Shown here: positions 37,791 to 50,501 of the stretch, piece after piece | Numbering within the stretch: position 1 is the stretch's first letter | How the letters are laid out: every line of letters starts with the position of its first letter | Origin: Camelus dromedarius | Lineage: Eukaryota | Assembly (NCBI RefSeq): GCF_036321535.1 | Contig: NC_087436.1 | Location: 106,704,001 to 106,768,000, forward strand | Length of the DNA: 64,000 nt | Direction: 5' to 3' | Program-made: the position numbers and the translations under genes | The notes under the pieces: generated by a model | The model's database searches: none | Seen by the model: only the letters and a program-made list of their open reading frames with translations | What the model was told of the DNA's origin: nothing

Positions 37791-38754
37791 CAGTACTTTG
37801 CTTAAAATTTTTTAAAACAAGGAAACACAAAACTTCAGATAATCATTACCTTGTGGAAGCCCAGAGGATAGGGTTAGGTAGAAGCAAATTGGTAGATGTA
37901 AGGAATTGGGAGATGGGTTCATGAGTGCTGGTTATCTTCCTACTGTCTACTAAAATCATTAAATAAAAAATTGAGAAGTTCATGCTTGAAGAACGTGTCA
38001 AAAACCCAGGATTATAATTAAGTCAATTTTTTGTGCTATTCATTAAAACATGTCTGCACATTTTTCATACTCAACGATTTGTATGGTGAATAAATAAATA
38101 AGTAAATATATTTTGCTCCACTAGGTAAGTGATTTCCCCCCTAAATCTGGGCTTTCTGTATGAGACTCTGAAACAGGGAACCCACGAAGATTTGGAGGGC
38201 ACTCGGCCACAGAATAAAATAATGCAATGCGTTCTCAACCTTTGAGACCAGCGGCTGGATTTCTCATGTCAGTCCGGAGATTTTGGATACGTCATGTATG
38301 GATACATCACTAATGGAAAAGTGTTCCATAGAGCACAGCACCACTCAGGTTCCACTGTGGAATCTAGATACATCCCTGACCCAAGTGGTCAAAAGTCAAA
38401 AGTGAAAAGAAGTAGAATGATCGTTGAAGCTGAGCTGGTATGCACAGATGAGAAGAGACTAGATCTAGCGTGATTTCAAACTGTAGATTAGATTCAAGAC
38501 CAGCTGAAAAACCCAGAACCCTGGCAAAGTGGGTTAGAGAGAAATATCTGTAGTGCTGAGAAAGATGCAGACAACTTAAAGGTTTTCAAGCAAGAGGTTA
38601 TTGCCAGTTTGCCATGATGCTCAACCTCAAAAAATCTGAAGGGAAGCTGGTATGATTGGATTTGGAGAAGGGCAAGTATTGTAAGGCAACAAAGTGTATC
38701 CTCTTAAATGAGAAATCAAAGTGTGTCCTCACTGGAGGTTTGCCTTTGATATAT

Positions 38755-39060
38755 GAACGCTATATTCTAGCAACCAGTTCCCTTGCAGCGATCGATAATT
38801 TAGGGTGATTTGTATAATGCACCTTGCTGTAGCATGCAAATGACACGACCTCCTCTCCTGGCTGGGCTGCGATGGAGTCAGGCCGGTGGAACTGAAACGA
38901 ATGCCTGATATTCACGCGGCATTTAATCACACCTTTGGTTTGATTTACTAATGCTATTGTCTTTCCATTTTCTGTTAAATTATTAGCGAGTAACTCGACC
39001 CAAATACCACAATATGTTGGATCAATTTAAGAGACAATATAGATCACTGGGATTTCTTTT
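38755..39060. promoter_or_regulatory. candidate conserved non-coding element / enhancer
   Basis: repeat-free and CpG-retaining; ATCGAT, ATGCAAAT, TGATTTAC, CTATTGT and several TAAT motifs. Confidence 0.45.
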
Positions 39061-39844
39061 GTCAAGTGGAACCATTAGACTTGCATATTAAAAAAGTATA
39101 TATTTCCGTTTCAAGGGTGTAAGTGATGCATTGCTCACCATTATGCAAAAGGCCACCAAGAAGGCAAGGAGACAGACGCAAATGGATGGCAGGGAGAAGA
39201 TAATAAATATGTTGTTGCACACGTAGCTTATACTTGACCATGGATGTCTTGTTTGGTTGAAGGCATGTGCATTGCCCTATCTTCCCTAGAAGGTAGCCTA
39301 GCATATTCTCAAGTTTGTCATCCGTGAACTTTGAGAGAGTCCACCTTCTGCACTTGACAGAAACATACTGTCCCTAAAATATATCCCAACACTATCTGAC
39401 TACTCATATGGCCACTTCCGATGAATTCACTGCTTGAAAATCAAACTCAAGACATTCTTCTCCCTGTTGTCCTCATACGATGCATTTTCCACCAGTGCTT
39501 GCTTTTCTGTGTCACGTCAGTTCTGGTTTTTGATGTTCCGCTGTCTTTTGCTGTAAGTGCCTGGACAGAACAGGTGAGTAATTATGTCAGTGTGACTGCA
39601 GTTTTACCTTTGGGGCCCTCTTGCCATGCCGCACACAGGTGACTAACCTGGGAATGGTGACATTCCTTGCCTGTGAGGGATTGGCCATGTGACTTTATCA
39701 ACTGGCAGTCCAGCAGGCAGCTGAGTCACACTGGTTAACTGTGCAGCTTGGCTGCGGGAGTCTGAGAAAGGCAGGTGAAACGGGACCCTAGGCACTCTGT
39801 CCCCAAAGAGTTTGGCTCCAGATTGTGACTAAACAACATCAAAA

Positions 39845-40000
39845 GAGACAGTGTGAGCCAGGGAAAGAAGGCGCCCTTTGGAATCTCATTCCAGCCCTGC
39901 CTAACCTTGGATTAGGCACATAAGACCATTAAGCATTCATTTTCTCATGTTTAAAATGGTGTCTCTTTTCCACCTCCCATGCACATATATTGGGAAGACC
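39845..40000 (+). mobile_element. MIR fragment
   Basis: cccttggaat-like start, accttgga...cattcattttctcatgtttaaaatgg. Confidence 0.45.
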
Positions 40001-40599
40001 TGTAATCATAATAGTAACAATTACTATCCTTTAATGATTAAGGAGTGGCTTTTGTATGCTCTTGGTAATTAGCAAACAAACAAACAAACAAAAAAACCCC
40101 CCACCAAAACCACACACACAAATACAAAAGCACTGAGCCTGAATTCACTTGGAACAAAAGCAGTTTGTACAAAAAGCATGTTGGACAACAACAACCAATT
40201 CTTCCAAAATTAAATGTTTTCTGTCTGGTTTTTCCAGTGTTGGCAAGATGAGTTTACTGCCAGGTAGGTTCATAAGCTTTCATGAGCTTTTAAATATTTT
40301 TCCACAGTAAAGTTTTTGTTGTTCTTGTTATTTTTCTATGTTTTATTATCTTCACATTTCTACTTTACTTCCGGCTCAGTTTTTTTCTTTTCTCTGTTAT
40401 TTGTAGTCACGGAAAGACACTCATTTGGTTTGCTTTCAAGTGATAGCTTAGCATTGGATATTTTGTTTGTTCTGATGAATCTCTTGTTACTGTCATTTAG
40501 TTTGCTCCAATGTATACATTTACTTAAAACCTAGAATGCTTACTTTAGGTCAGTGAAGCAGGGCTGGTCAAAATAAGAGGAAAATATATAACAGAGACT

Positions 40600-41020
40600 G
40601 AAACAGCTCGTTGCCCTTGTAGATATACTCAACATCTGCTACGTGCAGACACTGAACTTGGAGGGGAGGCTCTGGCAGTCACCCTGACAGGCAGAAGGCA
40701 CACCTTTCTGGAGCATACAACCTAGTGGCAAGAGACAAACTATAAACAAGTAAACACATAAATAGGACCAAAATATAAATTCTACAAAGAGAATCAAGCT
40801 ACGTGTTAGGAGTATCTCCACGGGTAACAGTCAAACTACAGATGGAAGAAGAATGTGTTAGCTGTGACCAGATTTGGTGGGGAGGTGGGGGCAAAGTATT
40901 CCAAGGGCATTTATAGCAACTTATCTGGAATAGAGTTTTTTATAGGAAGGAATATGAAATAAGATTGAAGAGACAGTTTGGGAGAAATTCTTTGAGACCC
41001 ATAAATGTCATGGTGAGGCA
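40600..41020 (-). mobile_element. L2 fragment
   Basis: catctgctacgtgcagacactg...ctggagcatacaacctagtgg...gacaaac. Confidence 0.5.
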
Positions 41021-41021
41021 G

Positions 41022-41472
41022 TGTTATGAGTTAATTTATGTCCCTTCAAAAGGTGTTAAAATCCTAGCCCCCCGTGCACCTGTGAATGTGACCTTATTTG
41101 GAGATAGTGTCTGTGCAGATGATCAAGTGGAGATGAGGTCATTAGGGTGGGCCCTCTTTCAAACTGCATCCATATAAAAAGGGAAATTTGGACCCAGAGA
41201 CAGACACAGACAGGGAGAATGCCATGTGAATATCAAGGCAGAGATCAGTGTGGTCTTTGATCTACAAGCCGAGCAACGCCAGCCAGCCAGCAAACCACCA
41301 GGAGTCAGGGGACCTGCATGGGACGGCTTCTCAGCTCTCAGACGGAACCAGCCCCACCCACACGGTGATTTCAGACAACCAGCCTCCGGAACAGTGAGGC
41401 CGTCGGTTTCTGCTTCTTGAGCCACACTGTTTGTGGTGCTTTGTTAAGGCAGCCCTGGCAAACGAATGACGC
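41022..41472 (+). mobile_element. MLT1B/C-like MaLR solo LTR
   Basis: tgttatgagttaa...cctgtgaatgtgaccttatttggagatag...ggcagccctggcaaacgaat. Confidence 0.9.
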
Positions 41473-41774
41473 ACAGGGATCCCAAACCCACGGCGATGTG
41501 CCAGGCACTGTTCCTGCACCTCAGTGCCTCTCATCACTCCAGAATGTTCCCTAGAGCAACATCCTGGCAGCCAGTAAGATTCAACTGAGTTTGGCCAAGT
41601 AGAGAAAACCTATTGTGCTAACACAGTTGAAGTTTGGTTTTGTTTTGCTGGTAAGAAATAGGAAGCTTTTGAAAGTCTTAAGGGATAAGTAAAAGGAACT
41701 AACCTACCTTGCTGCCCTCCCTTTCCAGCTGAAGGGCTGGTTATAAGCCCACTTGATTCCTCTCCACAACCTTG

Positions 41775-41915
41775 AACTGGTTCCAGTGGGTGCTGGTTTC
41801 TCTGCCTCCTGCTGTAAACTGGGAACCACTTGAAAGCAGGAATTTATCTTCTAGTTCTGGATTTCCAGGACCTCGCCCAGCCCTGATGTCTAGGAGGTGC
41901 TCATTAAATACTAAT
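41775..41915 (+). mobile_element. L2 3' end
   Basis: cttgaaagcaggaa...taggaggtgctcattaaata. Confidence 0.55.
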
Positions 41916-41934
41916 TGGGTGGTAAATTTCATTA

Positions 41935-43140
41935 TTTTCTCATTTTTACTTCGAAATAATTTTATACTTTCCGAAAAGTGTCAAAATTAGCATTGAGAAC
42001 CTCACCCTACTCCCTGATTCACAAATTATTAGCATTTATCTACATTTGTTTTAAATCATTTTCTTTCTCTTTATGTATAAGCATTCTTTTTTTTTTTTCT
42101 TTTCAAACCACCTGAGAGCAAATGCCACTCATCAAGCCTCTGCTGAAAGCTTTAGTTTAGATTTCCTGGGAACAAAAGCATTTTTCTATGTAATCATCGT
42201 GAAGTTATGAAAGTCAGGAAATTAAACATTAATAAATACTCTTGTTTACAGCTAATATTCAAATTTCTCGAGTTGGTTCTCCATAGAATTTCTTTTTTGT
42301 TTTTTTTTCCTGAGTCAGGATTCAGTGCAAGCTCATCTATTTAATCGACTTGTCATGTTTCTTTGGTCTCCTTTCAACTGGAACCGTTTCTCCTTTCTTT
42401 GTCTTTCATCCCATCAATGCTTTTGAAGAGCACAGACCAGTTATGTTGCAGACTCTTCCTCCATATGGTGTGTCTCATGGTTTCTAATGATTAGATTTAA
42501 GGCATGCATGTTTTGGCAGGAATGCCACAGGTAAAATTATGTGACCGAGGATCACCTTGGGAGGCATGGAAGGTCAATTGATTTGTCCCATTTTGGGTAA
42601 CTTTGACTTCTTGGTTAAAGTGATGACTGTCATGTTTCCCCAGGTAGTTACTACTTTCCCTATAATTAATAAATAATTTGTGGGGAGACACATTAAGACC
42701 TTGTAAATGTTATATTTCTCATGAAATTTTCACACCCTAGTGTTAAGATCTCATGGAGTTCTGCATGATTCCATTACTATTATGGTGACTGCACAATGGT
42801 GATTTTGCTGTTTCATTGTTTGCCTACATATATTAGCTGTCATTCTGTTTTACCCTCTCCCCAAATGTTGGTTTATTCATTTGTTATCAGTATGGGCTTG
42901 TGTATTCTTATTTTCCTCAACACATTAACATCATCATTTATGTTGATGCTCAAATTGTTTCAAATTTGCCTTCTGGGAACCACTTCAATCTGGCTTGTTT
43001 GAATGTTTACATGTCCATTTTTTGAGCACTTTTAATTTTCAGGCACAACAGGATATTCAAGTTTATCTTGTATTCTCTTTGCTCCACCCCTGGAATTAGG
43101 CATTTCTCCAAGGAACTCTATTTCCTTTTCACAAGAAATG
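41935..43140 (-). mobile_element. L1MC-like 3'UTR
   Basis: ttcgaaataattttatactt...ttttggcaggaatgccacag...cctggaattaggcatttctccaaggaac. Confidence 0.85.
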
Positions 43141-44151
43141 GGCACAATGGGTTATATTCATTCTCAACTGTTTCAAGATTCCATTTTTCAAGTTTAAGTT
43201 TGTTTCATTCACTGCCTTCTGGTGCCACATAACAGTTGCAACAGAGTTCCTTTTCAACTTTTCCTGTAATTCAGTGTGGATGGACTTTGTTCTCCTTTAC
43301 TCTTGGTGCTTTTTTATTTTCCAAAAAGACTGAAGTTATCTGGGGCAGGTGACTTCTCTCCATCTCAAAATTTTTGTCAACAACCTCAGCATAGCCATTC
43401 TGTATCTTTCTCTACCTGTAGGCAGACTTTGACCTTCTCTTCTGTATCTGTGAGACGTGCCCCTCCTCCTTTTTCAAGCTAATCCTACCGCCTTTTGATT
43501 CTGTCATCTCCTGTCCCTTTAAGGACCCCCTCCAACTGTTCTTCCTTTTCCTTCTTGCATTTTTCCATCCCTTCTAATTCACTGTATAATGATTTTCTTA
43601 ACAATTCTCAGATCTTTTATATGTTAGAAAAATGTCTTCTCCAATCCGACCACCTTTGGAGAAAACAGCCTAATTCTGCTTTGTTTTACTATCAAAGTGC
43701 TTCAGAGGGAAATGTGCATTTTCTGCCTCTGTGTTCACAGTAAACACACACTTCTAGGGGACAGGCAAAAGGCTCAGCCCTTCATCTCAATTTGCTCCCT
43801 TCAAAGTCATCCATGATTGTAAAATCACCCATTTTACCCTTCCACACAAAATAATACTTTTTAGGAAAAGGATGAGGTAGGGAGAAATTGAGAATCAGAG
43901 TTAAAAATAAGATGTCAGTAAACGGTGTTTAAAATGAGAATCAGAATTTGTGTGAGAAAACATGGTTTCTGCTATTTGCCTATGTGGTAGCAAAACATAC
44001 TTTAATACATAAAACTGATTCTTTCTCAAAATGGGAAGAATGGATTCTTTCCCCATAGGAAAGGGGAACTTTGTAAGGATCAACTTTGTAAACTGTAAAG
44101 CATGACACAAATATTACTATTTATTAACAGATAATAAAACATACATGCTGT

Positions 44152-44720
44152 AGCAGCATTGTTTACTGCCAAGACATAGAAGCCAATCAAATGTCCATCA
44201 ACAGATGACTGAATAAAGAAGTTATGGAATTTATATATACAATGGAATACTACTCAGCCATAAGAAGAATAAAATAATGTCATTTACAGCAACATGGATG
44301 GACCTAGAGATCATCATTCTAAGTGAAGTAAGCCAGAAAGAGAAAGAAAAATATCATATGATATCACTCATATGTGGAATCTAAAAAAATTAAAAGAAAG
44401 AAAAAAGAGGACACTAAGGAACTCATCTGCAAAACAGAAACAGACTCTCAGACAGTAAACAATCTTATGGTTACTAGGGGGAAAGGGGTGGGAAGGGATA
44501 AATCTGGGAGTTTGAGATTTGCAAATGTTAGCCACTATATATAAAATAGATAAAAAGCAAACGTCTTCTGTATAACACAGGGAACTATATTAAATATCTT
44601 ATAATAACCTTTAATGAAAAAGAATATGAAAATGAATATATGTACATATACCCATGACTGGGACATTATGCTGTACACCAGAAACTGACACATTGTAACT
44701 AATTATACTTCAATTTTAAA
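44152..44720 (+). mobile_element. lineage-specific (camelid-type) L1 3' end
   Basis: gcaacatggatggacctagagat...gagatttgcaaatgttagccac...cacagggaactat; imperfect TSD atacatgctgt / atacatattgt. Confidence 0.9.
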
Positions 44721-45029
44721 AATACATATTGTAATGTTTCCTTTAAAACTACAAAATACCAGCAAAGGTCAGTGTTAATTATCAGAAGCTTAAAAAAAAA
44801 ATTCCAATATGATTACATCTGTTCTTACCTTTCCTTTTCATCTCCTTCATAAACTTCACTTTCTTCTTGTGTCCTTAGTTGCACTACAGGGTCAGTCCTC
44901 AGCTTTCTCTGCTTTCCTTCCCCTGCCCCTTTTCCTTCTTAATCATCATATACTGTCATGGGTCCAGGCTTGTTGGGAGTGAATTTTCAGCCAAAACCTA
45001 TTTCTTCCGGGCTGTTAGACTTTCAAAAT

Positions 45030-45195
45030 GATAGTAAAATACAGATAACCTAAAATTTACTATCTTAGTCATTTTAAATGTGTTTGAGTAGTGTTAAGTA
45101 TATTCACATCATCGTGCAAACAATATCCAGAACTTTTTCGTCTTGCAAACTAAATCTCTGTATCCATGAAACAATGTCTTTCTGTTTCCCCCTTA
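45030..45195 (-). mobile_element. L1MA/MB 3' end
   Basis: aaaatttactatcttagtcattttaaatg...gtatattcaca...ccagaactttttcgtcttgcaaac. Confidence 0.8.
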
Positions 45196-45844
45196 GTTTT
45201 TTTGAGTGTAGCAGTGCCTGTCTTATCAAACTTTACAATTGCTAAAGGGACTATTATGGTGCTTTTTGTATAGTGGATGGTCAGGAGATTTGAAATCATC
45301 AAAATTCAACAAGCAATTGATGATGAACTAATGTAGGCCAGTCCCTTTACTAAACAATGGGGAGGAGGGGGCAAAACCAAAATAATACAAGTAAGGCCCT
45401 TACAAGTAGGGCCTTGAAAGGGCCTTAATGAAAACCAATCATTAAAATACATCACAATGATAGCAGTGATAAACCTGGGCTGAGAATCAACCCAGAAGAT
45501 ACACGTCAGCACTGGGAGACGCCAGAGTTTGCCTCACAAGCGAGACAACCACGTGAAAGCAGAAGCTTGCCTTTTGTTTTCACTAAAATATATGTTGAGC
45601 TTGGAATCATTCTGTAAATACTAAATACTTATTTTAAGACTGAATGAAGTGACCTCTGAGCTGGGCTTTGTCACAGTGATAGGAGTTTGCTGATCAAATA
45701 GTAAGAAAAGCAAGTTTAGGAAAATGAAAACACACAAAGAAGTTTGAAACAGAATTGCATAGAGCAATACAGAAGCTAGGTTTGATAAAAGTTAAGTGGA
45801 GGATATAAAGAGGAGCTATGTCAGAAGGGAAGGAAAGAAGAAAA

Positions 45845-45896
45845 GGAAGGAAGGAAGGAAGGAAGGAAGGAAGGAAGGAAGGAAGGAAGGAAGGAA
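45845..45896 (+). repeat. (GGAA)13 microsatellite
   Basis: read directly from the sequence. Confidence 0.95.
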
Positions 45897-46788
45897 AATA
45901 GCGAATAAGTGAAAACACTTTCATTGATGGTCTTATTTTCCATCTCTTCCCAGAAGAAGAAAAGGACTGAGTTCTATTTTTAAAGGCACATTCAGAGAGG
46001 TTTGTTCAGGGTGTGCCCAGGGAAAGGGAATGGGGGGAAGGCTTGGTTTGGGAAGGCAGAAGCAACTGAATTCTAGAAGAAGGTGAGGAGGGGTTCCCAA
46101 AAGACTGTAAAAGGCACAGGTTTGGCAATGCGTGGGAACATTCCCAGAGTTACTTCTAACATCCTCCTGAGGCGAAATGACCTCAGAGGCCAAGAGCTGT
46201 GTGGGGTGTCTCAGGAGGCAGGGTCAAGGCCTTCCTTTCCCTACCTTAGCAAGTCCTACCATGTCCAAGGGAGGCTCAGAGGCAAGATGTCCTCCACCTT
46301 CAAGAAACTCAGAGGAATTAGCCAATGACCATATCAGCAAAGATAAAGTGGATCAAAGTTGAGGGTTCTCTGAATCCTCTTAATTGCATGCAACATCCCC
46401 TCCACAACAGAACTTTTGCATTAATGCAGTGCCCTGGGTGGCAAAGAAAAACCCCTAAATGATTCAGAATAAATTTCCAGGCAGTATGGATGGATAGGTG
46501 CTTAGAATACATTACAGTTGGTTTGGCTCAATGATAGATACAGCATATATATTTTCACCCTGTGCCATTGAATAAACGGCAAAACAAAACAGTTGTTTAA
46601 AGAAAGGATACCTACCTAAGGCATTGCAGTCTTAAGCAGCCAATTGTCAGGGTTAGACATCAGGTTATCAAAGGAATTTCCAAACTGGAGGTTTAAAGAG
46701 TAAAAGGGGAGCTGGAAGAATGTCCAAAGAATGTAAACCTGCAGTGGTGAAGGGAGGAAGGGGTAAACAAGGTTGGGTGCAGGGGAAA

Positions 46789-47374
46789 TGTGCTATGCTT
46801 AATTTTATGTGACAGCGTGACTGGTCACAGTGTCCAGGTTAAACATTATTTCTGGGTTGTCTTGGAAGGGTTTTTCTAGATGAGACTAGCACTTGAATTG
46901 GTAGACAGAGTAGCAGGTTGACCTCACCAAGGTGGGTGGGCATCCTCCAACGCACTGAGGACTTGAACAGACAAAAGGTGGAGGAGACAGGAGTTTGCCT
47001 TTTCCTTCGCTCACTGTTGGAGCTGGGACCTCTCAGCTCATCTTCTTCTGCACTCGGACTGGGATTTACACTGTTGGTTCCCTTGGTTTTCAAGCTTTCA
47101 GACTCAGACTGAATTATGTCACTGGCATTCCTGGGTCCCTAGGCAGATCGTGGAACTTCCCAGTCTTCATAATTATATGAATCAGTTTCTCAAAATCTCT
47201 CTCTCTCAAAATATATATATGTATACATACATACACGTTTAAGTAGGTATGTATATGCATGTATATGTGCAATATACATATATGCGCGCACACACACATA
47301 TATACACATATGGATCCGTGTACGTCCTAATAACCTGTTGGTTCTGTTACACTGAAGGGCCATGACTAGTAACA
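46789..47374 (+). mobile_element. MLT2 (ERVL) solo LTR with internal (TA/CA) expansion
   Basis: ttaattttatgtgaca...gactgg...aaacattatttctggg...gtgggcatcctccaa...cctgttggttctgtt. Confidence 0.85.
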
Positions 47375-47809
47375 CCGATGGTCCCTCTGAAGTTTTGCCC
47401 AACAGACAGGCCGCATGTCAGGCTCTTGGCATTGGTGTGCTCTGATTTAGCACCACGAGCCAGGGGTTGGACTGCTAATGCCTTTCTTTCACTTGTAGGC
47501 TAAACACTTTAAATATCTGCAGTACCGTTTTAGTCATAATAATAAGATCATTTCCACAGGGGAGTGTCATGTGGCCTAATTAGTACCTGTAGAGAACGCT
47601 GTGATCTTACAGGGAGAGGAGTGCAAAGCACTATCCAACCTGAGAACAAAAAATGGATGAGGCGATTGCTCAATTTAGTTAGAACCACAGTCATCCAACA
47701 CACTGGAAGAAACATGAATCTCTCCGCGGGGATGCTTTCCAAGGGCAAGATTTTATAATATCAATATTTCCCCGTTGGAATAGTACCTTTTCATTTAAGC
47801 AATTTGCGA

Positions 47810-48000
47810 GGCAGCCTGCTGCTGCGGAAAGGATGAAAACATAAGAACTGGGTTCTAATCCAAGTCAGTCTGCCACTACCTAGCAGTGCAGAAATGAGTC
47901 CGTCAACTCATAGCTTTGAATGTCATTCACTTATCTACAAACTGAGTGATTTGAACCAGATTACATCTAAAGTCCTTTTCAATTGCAGCATATTCGTGGC
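47810..48000 (+). mobile_element. MIR3-like fragment
   Basis: aactgggttctaatcc...ctgccactacctagc...tctaaagtccttttca. Confidence 0.55.
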
Positions 48001-49135
48001 TGAAGTTCTCGGTTTTACATTAGACAAATTCAGTTCGATCCACAGCTACTGAGGAGGTTCTACGTGGCAGGCGTTGCGATAGTTCCTAGGCAAGGTCTGC
48101 CTCTCTGCAAACTTCAAAGGCCCCATCCGTATAGAATAGAGTGCTAATCATCACCCTCTAGTAATGTGGATTTTTATGGCCCAGGAGACTCAATTAATGA
48201 AGCCCAGTCATTGATCAGGGAATAAAGAGATGAACTCAGTTGCATGGGTGGGGAGTAAACTAAGCTTCTCCAATGAGTTGATATCTGCACTGGATTTTGA
48301 AAAAAGAATAAAAGTTTGCTGGTAGGCAAAGTGGATTAGGGAAGGATTTGGGGAAAGCATTTTGGTGAGAAAGGAAAGAATGTATAAAAGCTTGAAACAT
48401 ATGTGAAGATTTGCTAGAATATAAATTTCAAGAGAACATGGAGGAGACGGCTCAACACACTCTGACATGATGGGTCTCACTGCATACACATGAGCTTTCA
48501 TCTCTGCAAGCCCCCCAGAGTTGTGGCTATTTCTTATTTGCAGTCAAGATTTGTTCAGAAATCTCTATATCATCAGATCCAAAGAAGATGATTGAAGCTA
48601 TATAAAGTCAAGCACAAAACGATGCCAGTTAAGCTTGCTTTCCATTTTCTGACCTGTTTAAATAAGAAAAAAGAATGCAGGATTCCCATGAAGGCATATT
48701 ACCTCAGTACTGTGAGTTAGCTTTATAGGGAATTCACAGCGTCTATGCCCGGCTTCTTCTAGAACTTGTCACAAAGAAGTGCAAATAAGGAGATCGGAGA
48801 AGCCAGCCAAGTCCTCTCTAAAATTATCCCTGTCATCAGAAGCAATTAATACTATGTATGGCACAGTATTGTTCTAGGAATAGGAGCCAAAGGAGTTTAG
48901 GGAGATTTGCAGATCATATAGTTTTGTGACTAGAGTTTATGGTTGGCACTGGCTGGTGTGTCAAAACTTAATTAGCGGGAGGATTTGAGGGGGTCCAGAT
49001 GAAGTTATTTAAGGGGTTCAAACAACATTGCTCGAGGGAGGAAATGATTTGTATATTTAATCACATTCTTGGGAAATTTGTATCTTTCATATCTCTTTGG
49101 ACCTGATCAAGTTGATCTGACTCAATGGACCCCTG

Positions 49136-49139
<4 letters not shown>

Positions 49140-49170
<31 letters not shown>
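49140..49170. repeat. (TG)15 microsatellite
   Basis: read directly from the sequence. Confidence 0.95.
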
Positions 49171-49171
<1 letters not shown>

Positions 49172-50159
49172 ACACATGTATCTGTGTGGACACATGTGCC
49201 TGTGAATTTTTTTTCTGCACAACACTCTGTGAGTACTGAGTAAATGTCAAACCACCACATCCAGGCAACCTTCTAAGGCTGAACTAATGGAACCTCAAAT
49301 GAATTTACTTACATTCCTTTTAAGTCCTGAGTTCACTCACACCTGACATTCTTTATACACTTTAACAAAAACCAAGTCACATGATAAGTGAAAGTCTAAT
49401 GTAAGCAGAGAAAGAAAAAGAAAAAAAATTTTGGTAAGAAACTGTGATAATCTGATAGGAGAAACTACAATTTTTCAGCTAACATTAGATTATTTTTACT
49501 TGTTTAGCACTGTCTTTTGTGTGATTGGGGATGGAATTCCAATTTCTCCATCACTGATCTTCAGTCCAAATAAAACATCATGAGTGGTTTCTTAAAGAAA
49601 TTTTAGGGTTTTCATTATAAAGGGTCCTTATAAGTGCCTCATTCTGACTTTTGTTATGATAAAGTACCAGCTCCATTATTTGTTTTATTTTTCCATTTGA
49701 GGAAAAGGAGAGTTTTGGAAGGAAGTCTAATTCATTAATAAATCTATCTTCTGGATCTTAGTTGCCATTCAGTGTAATAAAAGTTAAAAGCACTATTTCT
49801 CAAGCTCATGAAGAAAGATCAGAGAAATCAGTATTATTTGTAATTTTTGGTAGTCATTAAAATTTGAAGCTTCTACAAGGCAGGCTAATTTTGTGGTCTG
49901 TGTAACTCTGGAAACTAAATGAGAATTTCATAAATAATCAGAAAGGAGAAAACTCATACACAGATAAGAAAATGTTTTCCAAGCAGAATAAAGTTTTCCA
50001 GCAGCATATATGCCTGTAGAGTTAACCCAGCTCATCAAGTTGAAATTCTAGGTAAAGGAAAACAAAAATACAGAGCTCATGTATATATAGGACACTGGGA
50101 TTAAAGGTAACTTCTTTGTTTTCTAAAAAAAAACTACACACCAACATCCCCCTACCCCA

Positions 50160-50182
50160 ACACACACACACACACACACACA
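50160..50182. repeat. (CA)n microsatellite
   Basis: read directly from the sequence. Confidence 0.95.
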
Positions 50183-50483
50183 CCTCCCAAGCAGGCTATT
50201 TTGTACTAGATTCCCTAATGGTCGGAAAGAGACTATGTTGTCAATCTACCCTGAAAGGCTGACTGAACCTGAGCTTTGATAACAGGATTTGCAGGGAGGA
50301 AAGAGTGCCACCTACTGAATCACCACCTTTTAGATGTTTCTGTCAGCACTTTGATTTTCCTTGGAGTTCTACCAATCCTGGAGCGTGACCTTGCTTAGAA
50401 ATGAAATCTGACCTCATTACAATGCAAGCTTAGCTTTCTGCAGGCACATTACAAAATCAGCCAGAACCCCTCGTCTGCAGATT

Positions 50484-50501
50484 CCCCCCCCCCCCCCCCC
50501 C
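50484..50501. repeat. C18 homopolymer
   Basis: read directly from the sequence. Confidence 0.95.

Noticed and set aside
38380..38690. Possible decayed CR1/RT-like sequence
   Set aside because: Only a vague resemblance; I could not recover a convincing motif
48560..48685. Minus-strand acceptor ttcttttttcttatttaaacag
   Set aside because: No convincing paired donor, and all frames close quickly; such sites arise by chance in A-rich DNA
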